A stretch of DNA of 58,887 bases, the filler included, from Jimgerdemannia flammicorona (lineage: Eukaryota): assembly GCA_003990765.1 (NCBI GenBank). It is 3 parts of 3 records of this genome, joined end to end, with 100 filler letters (N's around TTAATTAATTAA, not from the genome) between each part and the next. Parts side by side here need not be neighbours in the genome. Positions count along the whole stretch, not along the records: positions 19,665 to 39,227 come from RBNJ01001910.1; 2 more parts are not named here. One strand, written 5' to 3'. The notes below the pieces were generated by a model. The model did no database searches. It worked only from the letters and a program-made list of their open reading frames with translations, and was not told where the DNA came from. Each line of letters begins with the position of its first letter. The stretch's first letter is position 1. Below, piece by piece: positions 22,758 to 36,661 of the stretch. The position numbers and the translations under genes were made by a program.

Positions 22758-24125
22758 TGTAACAGTGACCTCAGAATGATGATATCAGTACAGGAGACAG
22801 CCTTTCCTTATAAGCCACCAGATCAGAGTACAAGAAGATTATATGGCATGACTCACTCAGGCTACAAGATGAGCAATGATGACTAACTATGAGTCATTGG
22901 GACCACAAGACAGACATCTCAAGGAATATAAAAGAAGGATCAAGGAACTACAATAGCAGCAACTCAACAAGACCCACTAATCTTGAAATAGTACAAAGAC
23001 TTACCACAAACAAAATACTTGCTGCTTGCCAAACCTCAAGGTCAAGGAACCATCAAGGCCCCTCAGTCTAGAAAAGGATGTTCCAAGACATCTGAAGAGC
23101 CAAAAGGACCTGCACTAAAAGGACTCCTAGTGTCAATCTGGGTACTGGTGACTTTTATCATTATATTCTCTACTACTATAAAATGGAAACAAGAATCACT
23201 ATTGCTATGAAATATCTCTAGATATGGTAAGAATATAAAATAGGAAACCTTCTCTATTAGGAATTCCCTCAAGCCAGCCCTCCAGAGCTACAAGATGCTA
23301 CTCCTATAGATATATGTAAAATAAGGATAGCCAAGAAGATTCATCAGATATTTAGGCATATATTATGATTGATCCCCAACTTAGAATATACCAGAGTTTC
23401 AGACTTCAGAGATCTGTCAGCCTACTGTATCAATGTACTAGAAGTCATGGTGACTATAGAAGCCCAGTCTATTATCACTCTCAATAGAAGAGTTCTAGTA
23501 TTCCATTCTCTAGGACAACTCAGATCAATTCCTACAAGGATTGATCTCAGTATTCCAAGGTCCAAGTATCTAGGTTAGATCTTTCCAAGATCTCACATTT
23601 GTCCCTTATTTTGTGAAAGAGGACCTCATAGACTGGAGAGCTCCTGATCTACTTACTCTACCTACTACTAAACATGATGACATCATTAGTGATGACATCA
23701 TCCTATATAACATATGTGAAATATGTAACAAGTATGTAAAACAGATGAAATATTTGTTGACCTCATCTCCTTTAAGGACAGTGATAAGGACAAAGCCCCC
23801 ATGGTCCTGAACTTCTGCTCTGAGTTCTTAGTAATACTGAATTCTGCCAGCATTCTTTTTCTGTACTACCAAAATTCTACCAGTACTCTGAACTTATATA
23901 ACTATCTATACCAATACTAGAATCTATACTGATAACTGTAGTTTTCTGTGTTCCAGTATTTTGTTTGATTATTGGAATTTATATTTAGCTTTATATCTTA
24001 GTAATCATTGAATTATATTTTATATAAATATCTCTCTTATTTCCTTCAAAATAAAGTCAGTTCCTCTCAGTACAATACACACCATTTCTTGCAAGCAAAC
24101 TAAAGAAATAATAAGTCAGGTTACA
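22758..24125 (+). repeat. 5' LTR of element 2 (LTR2)
   Basis: Starts TGTAAC, and a second copy lies at 14845-15792. The 3' end is placed at the inverted GTTACA at 24125 and is less certain, since no clear PBS follows. Confidence 0.65.
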
Positions 24126-24157
24126 GATAAGAAGTTTGAGAACTATAAGATCTTAGA

Positions 24158-24610
24158 GTCCACAGGTTTGAGTAGTGGGGTTTGGGGGTTTCCTCCCACC
24201 TCATGTGTAAGTCCTTTACTCACCTTGACTGGGAGAACCAGGCCCTATCTACCATGTTGTGCTTTGAGGAGGGTTTTTTCTTTGCCTGTCATTCTCTTTG
24301 GGGTGGCAGGGGCTATTCTATTTGGCTCGGGTGTGGCCTTGTACATACGTTGGGTTCTCAGGCGTGTGCTTTCGGTTATTGGCATATGGTTGGATTTCCC
24401 CTGATAGTAGGGAGAGCATGGTGCGCAGAATGAGGTGCAGGCATATAACAGCCCTGCTGCACCTGGCACGGTCAAGCTGCTGGACAATAGCTAGCCTAGG
24501 TTAATGGGGGGGCAGTGCTTGGTGGGTGGTGCGGGAGGGTTTTGGCCTCTATAGTCTAGGTTCTCTTCCAATAAAATTCCACGGGACATGAGTCCATTAA
24601 AAAAAAAAAA
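24158..24610 (+). mobile_element. Family B retroposon, short 5'-truncated copy
   Basis: Matches 9930-10390. Poly(A) tail. 15-bp TSD CTATAAGATCTTAGA at 24143-24157 and 24611-24625. Confidence 0.88.
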
Positions 24611-26929
24611 CTATAAGATCTTAGAAAGGTACTCTAATAAGAACTTGCTTATAACAAACTTGAGTTAGTCTAAGAGATATACCTTGAAGAGAATCTGACA
24701 TATTTGAAGAACTCAGTAACTACTATATAATAACTTAGTACTCATTGGCTAGTGATTCAAGATGAATCCCTCACTTTTACGCTGAAAAATGGACAACTCC
24801 TACAACAACTATTCTGACTATAAGAGTTATCTCTGCAAGAATTCAAGACAAGATAGAAATATATCCCCCTATATTCTATAGATATACATACTACTGAAGA
24901 GTCAATCCTGACCTTGCTACTATATGAGCCCTCAACATAGATGTACAATTGGCTCTTCTACCAATCAGCCTCAGAGGACCTGCCAGAGATAAGTTCAATA
25001 TAGCTACCATTGCTAATACTGATATAGCCAAACTTGCCAATATGAAGACCTTCCTCAGAACTACATACTATACTGAATAGATTAAGTAAGCTCTCAAGGA
25101 TAAATTCAATACTATCTGTCAGAGACTTAGTTAAGACTCCAACTCATTCTACATCTGAATCTGCTACCAGATTGTCTTGTCTAGCTATGAATACCCTCAA
25201 GGAACAAATAGCTGATTCAACCTGTCTGAAAGGAGTTCACTCTGAAATTGCCCTAGCAATTCAGTTTACTCCAGCTGCTCTGACACTTGACCAGAAAGTG
25301 GTCTTTGTACAGAGATATTGGACTGCCAGACACTCTGCTGAACACTCAATGGAGAAAATAACTGACATTAAGATAGAGCCATCAAAGTCAATCAGTATCA
25401 TATCCGCCACAGTTGTAAACAGACAACCATCCCTACCTACTCTCAAGATAGCCAAAGCTGATCCAGTGGAGGAACTTACCAAGCAGTTTGCTAAGATAAC
25501 TACATACCTTGGTAATGTTGTTAGAGAAGTCTGAAGCACTAACAGGAGACCAGTATAGAGATTTGTAGCTGCTATAGAAGAATGCAATATCATATATTTC
25601 AGATATAGAGAAGAAGGCCACTATGCAAGATTTGTATGACCAAAACAAGACATAAAGCCCAACCCAGCAATGCTACTAGAACTAGAGAACAAATCAATGC
25701 AGTAGTCATTGAGGAGATTGGCAATACTGATGATGAAGAATACTATGAAAAGTCTGAATTCTACTCTGTTATTGAAGATGCCAGAACCTGGTCTAAGCCC
25801 TATAATAAGAAGAGCAACTGCAAGCCAGTTAGAAGATAAAAGAAGACCCCAGCTGTTACTATTCAAAGCAAGACCCAACCTGAGAAGATTGATCAAGACA
25901 TAGAGTTAGATAAAGCTGCCTATCAAATCATTGAAGGCACTACTCCAGTCTTAGGAGAAAGTGAAAGCAAGAAAGAATAGAAGCTGTGCAAGACCAAGAT
26001 CTATCAGTATGATATTTATAAGGATCTTAAGGAATAAAAGGTCAATGCTACTTTTGGACAGCTAGCTGAAGTCTCTGCCTTCAGATAGCATTTGAGTGTA
26101 GGACTTGCAACTACTGTTAAGAATCAAGAGTACAATATTGTAGAAGCCCACAATATACAAGAAGATAATCAAGAAGATTCAGGAAAAGAATCTGAAGACC
26201 AGTACAAGACATCAGCCTATACCCTATGTCAGATTAAAGATTATATCTTTGATGCTATTATTGATACTGGTGCTGGAGGATGCCTCATAAGTAAGAAGAC
26301 AATCAACTACCTTGGCTGAGATATTGAAGAGTCCACTAAGATAGTCTATATTACAGCAGATGGTATATGAGCTACCCTCCTTAGCAAGATCTGAAAAGTC
26401 CCCATCAAGATTGAAGGAGCTACTATCCCAATAGATATAATTGTTATAAGCACTACCAACTATGATATCCTCATTGGCAACTAATGGCTTCACAAGGCCA
26501 AGGCCATCATTGACCTCAATGCCCAGAAGATGCAGATCAACTATAGAGAAAGAAAGGTATGAGTCTCTATCAATGTCTATAATGGAGTACTGTCAGACAT
26601 AGTGGAAGGAGATGAAGAGAATACAGAAGTCTTCATATACTCAGTGTACAAGAACAAGAGTAAGACACTCAAGCTCACAGAAGAGCAGTGGTACAACAAA
26701 ATCATTGATAGCTATGTCTCTCAAGGAAGATACCCCCATGGCACTAGAATGTACTGCTCTAAATACCTGAATAACTGCTGGTCCTATATCAGTGAAGTCA
26801 GAAAAATCTGTCAACAAAAGTATGAGCAAGAAGCTGCCAAAGCAAAAAGTAAAGCTGAAAAAGATGACCAGCCCACAGAGCTTCAAGCTGACAGTGATGA
26901 TAAGGAGGAATAAGAACCAGACATCACCC

Positions 26930-27390
26930 TCAAAGTTAAGAAATTTCACCCTGAAGCCAAGATCCCAGAATATAAGACTGAAGGAGTCATAGGAATAGAC
27001 CTTGCTAGTATTTAAGATGTTATCCTCAAACCACAGACCACTACTCTACTTGGTACCAAAATTGGAGTCAAGTTGTTAGAAAACTATACTGGAATTACCA
27101 AGACCAGGAGCAGTCTGGCCAAAAGCAAAATCTCAGTTAAAGGAGGGGTAATTGATCCTGATTACACTGGTGAGATCTTCCTCATAGTTAGGAATCACAA
27201 CCCCACCACTCCATTTGAAGTCAAGAAGTATGACAGGATTGACCAGATGCTGATCTATGAAGTCAAGAAGTATGACAGGATTGACCAGATGCTGATCTAT
27301 AAAGTCAAGAAGTCTAAGATCATTGAAGTCATCAAACTTATCAAGATCAAGAGAGAAGAACAAGACTTTGAATCTACTAGAAGAGGAGTC
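26930..27390 (+). other. dUTPase domain of element 2 (between protease and RT)
   Basis: KVKKFHPEAKIPEYKTEGVIGIDLAS...TRSSLAKSKISVKGGVIDPDYTGEI...DRIDQML...REEQDFEST (mutated RGxxGFGST). Confidence 0.88.
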
Positions 27391-30073
27391 TATAATGCCA
27401 TCAAGATTACCAAACTTGAGCACAAGAAAGATAAGGACCAGAATAAGCACACATATACCATTGGAGAAAACATTTCTCTAGATGAACAACTTCTCAAGAT
27501 CCTGCACCAGAATGAAGGAGTACTCACTACAGACTTTAGGGATATCTACAATCAAGAACTCAAGTACTATCATGAAGTTGACAATGGTGATACCAAGCCC
27601 AACTATCAGAAAGCCAGACCTATACAACCTGTCTACAGAGAATGGTTGCAAGCAGAACTCAAGGAAATAGAAGAAGCCAGAATCATCAAGCAAGCTATCA
27701 GTCCCTGGGCTTCACCCATTATCCTCACTCCAAAGAAAGTAAACAAGCCTGGAGAGTTTGCTCCAAGACTCTGTATTGAATACAGGAAGCTCAATGCAAT
27801 TACAAAGAAGGATAGAAATTACAAAGAAGGATAGGCAGCCCTTATCAAATATTCAAGAAATCCTTACCACTCTTGAAAGTGAAGCCAAATACTATACTAT
27901 CTTGGATTTATTCTCAGGCTTCCATCAGATTGGTCTCACTTAAGATACTAGTGAGAAATCAGTCTTCATCATACCTGATGCCACCTATGTCTACCTATGA
28001 ATACCATTTGGAATGTACAATACTCTAGTAAGTTTTCAGTGAATGATGAATAGAGTCTTCAGCAATGAGATTGGAAAATGGTTCTTTGTCTATATTGATG
28101 ATATGATCATCTTCAGCAATACTGTACAGAAATATGTAAACTACATACAGCTAGCTCTCAAGAAGCTAAAGGAGTATGGCCTCTACATTAGACCCAAGAA
28201 GTATAAGTTTGCAGCTTGAGAAATTGCCTACCTAGGATACATTATCAACCAGACCAGAATGCATACAGACTTCATGAAGATTGAGGCTGTTGCAGCCTAT
28301 CCAAGACCCAGGACAACTATAGAAGTCTATGTCTTTCTTGAAGAGGCCTCCTACTATAGAAGATTTATCAAAGGATACTCCAACATTACAGCACCCATCT
28401 ATGAGCTACTGAAGAAGGAGATCAAATTCGAATGGACTAAGAAATGGCAAGAAATCTTCAACAAACTCAAGACTAGATTGACTCAAGCACCTATCCTCAG
28501 AAGACCAGATTGGAACCTAGAGTTTATCCTGCAAACAGATGCAAGTACTATAGGACTTAAGGAGTCTTAGCTCAGAAGAAAGATAGACATGAGTATCTCA
28601 TCTCTTATGCAAGCTGAGGTACCTACAGAGCAGAACAGAACTATGAGTTATATAAGCTTAAATACTTAGCAGTAGTTTGGGCAGTAGACTAGTTCCACTA
28701 CTACCTAGCTGAGAAATACTTCACTATTCAAATAGACTATTCCACTCTTGTCTGGCTATTTCACACTCTGAACCCCAAAGGAATATATGTCAGATAGATC
28801 TACAGGCTGCAAGAGTATGACCACACTATCAAACATTGCTCAAGAAGAACTAATGCCAATGCTGATGCACTCTCAAGGACACCTCAAAACACCCCTATCA
28901 AGACTATTCAATATGAATAAGGAGCTATACTATGGATTAATTAGCTATCTTGGGTAGCAAAAGATGATCAACCACTTCAAACCCTAGACTATCACCATCA
29001 TCAACCAGACTTGGAAACAATTTGAACTAGACAACACTATACTCAGAAAAGGAGAAAAGCTTGTAATATCTAAATACAAGAAGTATCAAGTAATGAAGGA
29101 AGTACATAAACAAGGATATCTAGAAGGAACCAATATATACAATAAGGTAAGAAGAATTATGTGGTGGTCTAAGATAGAAGAAGACCTGTGCCAATTTGCC
29201 AAAGAGTGTGACAAGTATCAAAAACAGAAATAAGATCAGTAAGACCAGATACCCAGATCATCAAAAATTGAGCCTATCTCTTTCCACCACATTGCAATGG
29301 ATATTATTGGACCACTACCAGTAATACTATCAGGAAACCACTATATTATAGTTAGGGTAGACCTCTTTACCAAATAGATAGAAGCAGGAGCATTACAAGA
29401 AGTCAATGTTCTCTCTATAGCTGACTTCCTATACTGAGAAATCATCTGCTGCTACAAGACACCAAAGCAAATTACCACAGACTATGGCACAGAATATGTC
29501 AATAGATTCTATGAGATAATATATCAGAAATACAAGATTTAGCACATCAAGACCACTGCATACCACTCTCAAGGAAATGGACAGACAGAGAGAACCAACA
29601 AGACCCTCAAGAATATCCTGGTGAAGATCTCAGACACATATGAGAATTGGGATAACTACCTCCCAACTGCCCTCTCTATCTTATGAGATATATGGTCACA
29701 GAGTACATACTTTACCCTAAGAGAACTGCTCTTCAGAGAAGAAGATTTCAATAGAACCTTAGCTACAAATCTAGATCTAACATGGAGATAGATTGACTCA
29801 GAAATTTGGAGACTATACTAAATCAGAAAGAAGGCTGAAGATTACATCATCAAGTCACAAGCACTGATAAGAAAGAATATAGAAAAGAATCTCAAAACCC
29901 TAGAACCCATCCAAATCAGAGAAAAGGTCCTACTATATTGATATATAATAGAAGCCTTATGGTTGCGAAAACTGGAGCCCAAATGGAAAGGACTCTTCTA
30001 TATACAAGATATCAAGGGAACTATCTTCTGGCTTAGAAAACTCTCAGAGACCATACTATCTACCACAGTGCAC

Positions 30074-30537
30074 TATAACAGTTCTAGTTTCTTTAAGAGG
30101 AAGTGGCTAAATCTGGAAGTTCTAGTTGACTTAAAGTAGCTTAAAGAGATACTTAAAGATTTAAGTATTCTTGAAGGATTTCAAGAAGAAAATATTCTGA
30201 GCTTTATTCAAGCAGAGGACAAGGATATTTATATATGATCTGAAAGAAAGATCTGAAAGGATCTTGGAAAGAAAGAGAAATGCCAAGAAATAGGTTCTCA
30301 GCAAAGCTGACTAATACTATTCTACAATGTTCCAAAAGGTTCTATGACTCACTAAAACAAGATACTTGTTACCAAGGAAAGACAACAATGTTCTAGTAGT
30401 GTCTGGGCACTGAGAGAAGGTTTCTAAGTAAGTAGAAAGTAATAGAACATAGTAGAATGTTTAAGAAATAATATGAAAAGACTAACTAAAAGATGTGAAA
30501 ATGTACTAAGACTAAATATAACTGTGAAATTATTACA
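30074..30537 (-). repeat. 3' LTR of element 3 (~464 bp)
   Basis: Starts TGTAAT right after the PPT and ends GTTATA (mutated GTTACA), where element 2 integrase sequence stops. Confidence 0.7.
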
Positions 30538-32223
30538 TTTCTCTCTCCTTAAGAACCAATATCCTTGTTGAGTTCTTAGATAATACAAGACTAGATATAC
30601 TTAACCAAAATTTCTCAAACTTATATTGGTATAGTAGCAGAGATTGGCCATTCTTATATAGGATAGAGGGTCTATTATTAGACTAATCAACTGGGAGAGA
30701 TTTGAACCCAGCTAGTAGCTTCATTTCAGTGGACTTCTTGTATATTAAATGTTCTGCTAATTCTGAGGTCTCAAAGTAAACTTCCAATACATAAAGCACT
30801 GGTCATTGCTGTAGGTTATCAACAATCCAAGAAAGTCACTACAGGGATTGGGCAATGTGTTTTGCCTTGAAGTCTTGAACTAGATCTTGAGAGTTCTTGA
30901 GATTGACCAGTGGTTCTCAGATAGCATCATATTCAGAGTAACCCATCCACTTGACTAGATATTCAGAATGACAGTAGCAGATTTGTTTGGTAAGAATTTT
31001 CTCAGCTTTATACTTGATATGGTCTTCAATAATCATAGGGGTGGAAGGCTCAGGAATTTGACCAGGGTAGAGTGGTGACTGGTTCCAGGTCTTGAGGTTT
31101 GACACATAAAAGCCTGGGTGTACTCTCATGATTTCAGGTAGCTTGAGATGGTAGGAGAATGCTAAGACCTGTTCACTGATCTCAAAAGGTCCAATATACT
31201 TGGGTTGAAACTTGTTTGAAGGGTGGTTGACTTGAGATTATATCTTAGGATTCTCAGTAGACAGTAGGACTTGATCTCCAATAGTATAAGTGATATCACA
31301 GCATTTCTTATCAGCATACTTGGCTTGATACTGTTGAGCCATCTGAAGATTTATGGTAGCAATCTTGAGTAGTTCATCCATTTTATCTATAAGGTTCTTG
31401 GTAGTTGAGACTTGTATTTGACTGGTTTTCTTGAAAGAGAATAGACTTGCAGGGATCTTAGAATCTTGACCATAGAGTAACTGGAAAGGAGAAAGACCAG
31501 TAGATGATTGGACAGCATTGTTGTATGCAAACTCTACATAAGTCTGGTAGTGGTCCCAATTATCTTGCTCATAGGAAACATAGTTTCTAAGCATTTGTTC
31601 TAGAGTTCTGTTCATGCACTCAGTTTGTCCATCAGTTTGTAGGTGAAAGGCAGTAGACATAGCCAATTGGGTTCCTAGAGTCATGAAGAGAATTTGCTAG
31701 AAGTGACTGATGAACTTGGGGTCATGATTGCTAATAATTACTCATAGTAGGCCATAGTGACAAAAGATGGACTTGAAGAAGATTCTTGTAATCTTGGGTA
31801 CAGTAGCATTGGTAGTGGTTAGTTTAGCAACCATAGTCTTGGTCAGGCAGTCAACAAATATGATAATAGCATCAGTATCAGATTGAGTTCATAGTAGTTG
31901 AGTTATAAAGTCTATGGTGATTTACTTGAACTTCTTGGTAGGAATTGGCAGTAGTTGTAGCAAACTAGCAGGCACTTGGTTGGTAGACTTATTATGCTGA
32001 TATAGATCACAGCTGGCAACATAGTTCTTGATTTCCTTAACTATATTTGGCCAATAGTAGCAGTGTTGGATATTCTTGACAGTCTTCTCAATTCTCAGAT
32101 GACTGGTAAGAGAGGAGTCATGGTGTTCTTGTAAAACCTTGTAATGTAGGTTCATGTTTTCAGATAGGTAGACTTGATCTTAATGATAGATCAGGTTTTT
32201 CTCCACAGTATATATATTCTTGA

Positions 32224-33383
32224 TTTTTTTATTTTTATTTTTATTTTTATAGTCACTCAGACACCTTTCTTTATTAATATATCCCTCTATATAATATATA
32301 TTACACTGTACCTACTCCTAACTAATCCCCCTAGGACCCCCCTCTCCCTCTCCCCCCCCACCCCCTCCTGACAAAAGACCACTTTGTCATTAACCATTGC
32401 TACCTGCCCATCACTTTATTCATATATCCCTTTCACTAGGTGGTGATATCACTCACCCTGGGGACCCCAACCAATCCACCATCTAGTCAGCAGATCACCC
32501 ATCAATCTCTCCCATCTCAACAACTTCTCTTACATTCCTATCTGTTGCTCCTCCTCAAAAACAAAGAGCCAATGTCCTGCCAGCCCTACCCATACTACTA
32601 AAACCCACCCTACAGTGAGCCACCCATTGCCCACACCATTCACCAACCTAGTTTTCAAGTTCTCTCAGCAATCCCTCTCACTATCCAATCTCCTTGCCAC
32701 ACCCAGCCTATCACCTACAGCTATCCAAAAGTCCTCCAAAACCTCACACTCTCCCAACCAATGTTCTGGTGTCTGCATATAACCCCCATCTTGTCCAACA
32801 TTGTAACACTCCTCACAATCATATCAGCTACTATCTACCAGATATCTAGCATGGAAAATCAATATGATATTCCTATGCAGCATCCACCACCAGACTACCC
32901 AGAACTTGGGAGGAAGCCATTTCCACACCACAGCACTCTATGACCAGACTCCTGCCCAGTCCCACTCCTCTCCAATCCCCACCACCTATCACCCACTTGG
33001 TCAAAGATTCTGACCAAGATTCTGCTGATACTCAATGCCATCTCCAATATCAAACTCAGCAAGCAGAACACCCTTCAGAAGCAATCTGTCTCACTGCCAT
33101 ATAGCTGAACCCCACAACATCTCCCCCTCATTGTTATGCCAGTGAAGGCCTATGCAGTGTGCTCTATCCACTACTCCCTATCAGAAACCCTTATACTATA
33201 GCTGATAGCTACCAGAGATAGAAAATCTCCTGAGGATCCCCATGGGGAGAATCTCATCTCTCACACCTTCTGCATCAGTGGCATCCATCCCCTCCCCTGC
33301 AACTCAACAGCTCTTTTCAACCACCATGCTTGTAAGTAGTGCAGCCTCTTAGGAAGGTCCACTAGACCTAGCCCTCCCTGAAC
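32224..33383 (-). mobile_element. 5'-truncated LINE family A copy inside element 3 pol
   Basis: Degenerate poly(T) and similarity to 44784-45920. 15-bp TSD TATATATAT(T/C)CTTGA at 32209-32223 and 33384-33398. Confidence 0.85.
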
Positions 33384-35414
33384 TATATATATCCTTGAGC
33401 TTATTTGAGAAAACTCTAGTGGCAACTGTATCTTCTTTATAAGCTTGCCTGATCTGGTCTAGGAATTCTGATGCTAAGGTGACTTGTATAATTGTGGCGA
33501 GGTCTGGGCATCTTGATAAGGCATCTGGTACTACAAGTATCTTGCCAGGCTTATAGATGATTATCAGATTGAAGGTTTGAAGCTTGAGGCTCCACTTGGC
33601 TTGTAGATGTGATAGAGTAGATTGGGTGTTAATGTACTTGAGGGATTGATGATCAATAATGACATCAAACTCAACACCTTCTAGATAGCATCATCAGTGG
33701 TCTAGTATATGTATTATTACCAGTAGTTCCTTCTCATAAGTAGCTAGCTTTTGTTCAGCTAGGACCAGCTTGCAGGACTCAAAAGCAATAGAGTGATGTC
33801 CTTTACCATCATCTTATAACAAGATTGCTTCAATGGCAAAATTTGACACATCAGTAGTGACTATGAATTTTATACCTTTTCTATATTATATAGGACTGGA
33901 GCATGGGTTTGACAGTTCTTGAGTTCTTGAAAGGCTTATTGACAGAAGAGGTCCCAGGTGTAGGGTACATAGTGGTCTGAGTGTAGGGCCTTTCCCATGA
34001 GATTGGTCAGTGGCTCAGCAATGCCAGAGAAGTTTCTGACAAAGCAGCAGTAATAGCCAGCTAGACCAAGGAAGGATCAGAGTTCTGTGAGGTTCAACAG
34101 AATGGGCCATTCTTTAATTGCTTCTATCTTGTATAGGTCTACTTGAATTCCTTGTACAGAGATAATGTGGCCAAGGTATTTGACTTATTCCTTGAAGAAT
34201 TCACATTTCTGGAGCTTGGTGTAAAGCTTGTGTTTTCACAGGATCTCCAGGACTATTCAAATATATTTGAGGTATTCTTATTTAGTTGTATTAAATATCA
34301 GGATGTCATCAAGATATACCAATAGGAAAATAAATAGTTGGTCCTTGAATATCTTATTCATCAGAGACTAGAATGTAGTGGGTGTATTGATGAGACCAAA
34401 TGCTAAGACTAGGAATTTGTAGAGTCCAAAAGAGATTATAAATGCAGTCTTGGGAATGTCTTCTGGCTTGATTCAGATCTGGTGGTATCCTGACATGAGG
34501 TATAACGTGGTGAAGTACTTGGTATTCTTGAGAGTATCAAAGATTTGATCAATCAAGAGTAGCAGATAGCAGTTCTTGACAGTGAGTTTGTTGAGTGTAC
34601 AATAGTCTATGTATATTTGTAGGGTACTATCCTTCTTCTTGATGAATAAGACTGGTGAGCTATAAGGAGATTTGCTTGGCTAGATGGCTCCTCATGTAAG
34701 TAGTTCTTCTAGTTCCTTCTTGACTGCTTCAATTTTGAGTAGTGACAGTAGTACATGTGTTTCTTGGGTAGTATAGCTCCTAAGGTCAGTTCAATTTCAT
34801 GATCAACTTCTCATTTAGATGGTAGACCAGGTAGCTTATCTGGAAAGACATCCTTGAATTCTTCTAGCAGTAGCTTGATACTTTCATTGACTGATAGTCT
34901 CTTGTCTTGTTTCTTGGGATAGATCATTATAATAAAGGTATGCATTGCCTTCTTGAGTGCTTTCTTATACTATATAGCTGACAGTGTTGCAATCTGGGTC
35001 TTGCTCATAGTCTTGTCTATCTTGATTATAATGTTGGCTCCATCTTGAAGTAAGGTGACTTCATTCTTGTACCAATTAATATCTGGGTTGTATTTCATAA
35101 GTCAGAGGTTTTCCTAAGATCAGGTCATGATCTCCTAGTGGTGCAATCTTTAAATCTACTCATTTCCAATATTTCTGGATCTTGATGGGCAGTTTGGCAG
35201 CAATTGACTCAATAGAGTATTGAGTACTGTCTGCAGTGACTATACTATTGTTCTTGGATACAGGCTTGGTGAGGATCTTGAGGCTTTTGATGAGATTCTG
35301 ATTGATGAAGTTCTCTGCAGCTCCACTGTCAATGAGTACTTGAACTTCTTTTCCTTTAACTAGGCCTTTGAAAATAAGCATAGCTTGAGCTCAATTTTCA
35401 CTAAGACTTACTGC

Positions 35415-35835
35415 TTGATCAGTGCTACCAAAACCCTTTTGATCCCATTTGGTTTCAGGGAGTTCTTGGACTTCTCTAATCTTGAGTTAACTGGCTTTTT
35501 CTAGGATTATTTGTGCGACTCAGTCTCCTTCTTTAACTGTATAGTCTTGATCCTTCTGGTTGATAAGTAAGACTTGAACTTGTCCTCAAAAGTCTGGGTC
35601 AATGACACCAGTGCCTACATCTAAATAATGTTTAATACTGAGTCTTGATCATGGTGCAATTCTAGTATAATGTCCTTCAGGACATTGAACTGCAATTCCA
35701 GTAGGCACTAGAGTATGGCCCTTGGCTGGAATAGTGACTTGTTTGACTGAGTGTAAGTCAAGACCAATGGCTCCTTCTGTTTGATATTGAGAGACCTGGG
35801 CCTTCAGATGAAGCTTCTTGACCTTGAGCTTAAGT
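35415..35835 (-). other. dUTPase domain of element 3 (between Gag knuckle and protease)
   Basis: GAIGLDLHS...LVPTGIAVQCPEGHYTRIAP*SRLS...TGVIDPDF*GQV...VAQII...GFGSTD. Confidence 0.9.
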
Positions 35836-36661
35836 TGACTGGTGGTGGGGTTGACAGATGTATCCTTGGACAATATGGTAACTGGTCTTGAGAGTTTGCT
35901 AGTCTTCTTAAGACATTTGATTACAATGTATCCTATTGATGATAGAAGAAATAGGCTTCAGATTTCTCCAGACAGTTCTTTTCTTCAGAGGTAAGCTTGG
36001 TGTTCTTTTTGTTTATAGTATCTAAGTCTATTGGTGCTGGACCAACTATCCTTGGTTGGTTTCTGTGGCAGTTCTTGAAGTGGTTCTTCTTGTGGTATTC
36101 TGGTTTGAAGTGGTTGCCAAAGGTGATGACATCAAACCTATTGATAATTCTCATAGCTTCATTAAGGTTCTTGAACTCTTCTAGCTCAACCTTGACTTGT
36201 GTATTTCCCTTCAGACCTCAGATATAACTGTCTATCTTTTCATTCTCAGATATTACTAGTAGCTTGAGTAGGATTGACAGAAATTGTGCATTGTAGCTTT
36301 ACATAGACTTGAGTTGCCTGATGTTTGCTAGCTTGTCCCTGACTAGCTTGGTGGTATTAGTAGACTTGAACTGCTTGTGAAGGACTCTCTTGAAAGCTTC
36401 CCAATCTTTGATTTATATATATGAGTATACAGATGTAATCATGATATAATTGTGCTACCAGATAGCCATATTTCCTCAGAGGAGTGTGGTAGTAAATTGG
36501 ACTTATATATCATCTTCCATTCTTGTGAGCTTGAAGTAATAGTTCAACTGGAAGGTCTATGTATCTGTAGATAGTCCTCCTTGATGACTGTTAAAGGTAT
36601 CTGGCTTAAGTGGCTTGAAACTGACTGATGCTATGGCAGGATGTAATGTACTCACAGTTTG

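Larger units (their letters stand above)
22758..30073 (+). mobile_element. Ty3/gypsy LTR retrotransposon, element 2 (3' end cut by element 3)
   Basis: LTR; Gag knuckle relic (YFRYREEGHYAR, ~25595); protease AIIDTGAGGCLIS (~26255); dUTPase GGVIDPDYTGE (~27145); RT SPWASP and VYIDDMIIFS; RNase H LQTDAS; integrase IAMDIIGPLP and GNGQTERTN. Confidence 0.93.
30074..36661 (-). mobile_element. Ty3/gypsy chromovirus-type LTR retrotransposon, element 3 (5' end missing)
   Basis: Minus strand: Gag KPLKPDTF (~36610), dUTPase, protease VLIDSGAAENF, RT YLDDIL (~34300), RNase H, integrase TDGQTECMN, chromodomain EYLVKWMGY, PPT AAGGAGAGAGAAA (30538-30550), 3' LTR. Confidence 0.92.
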
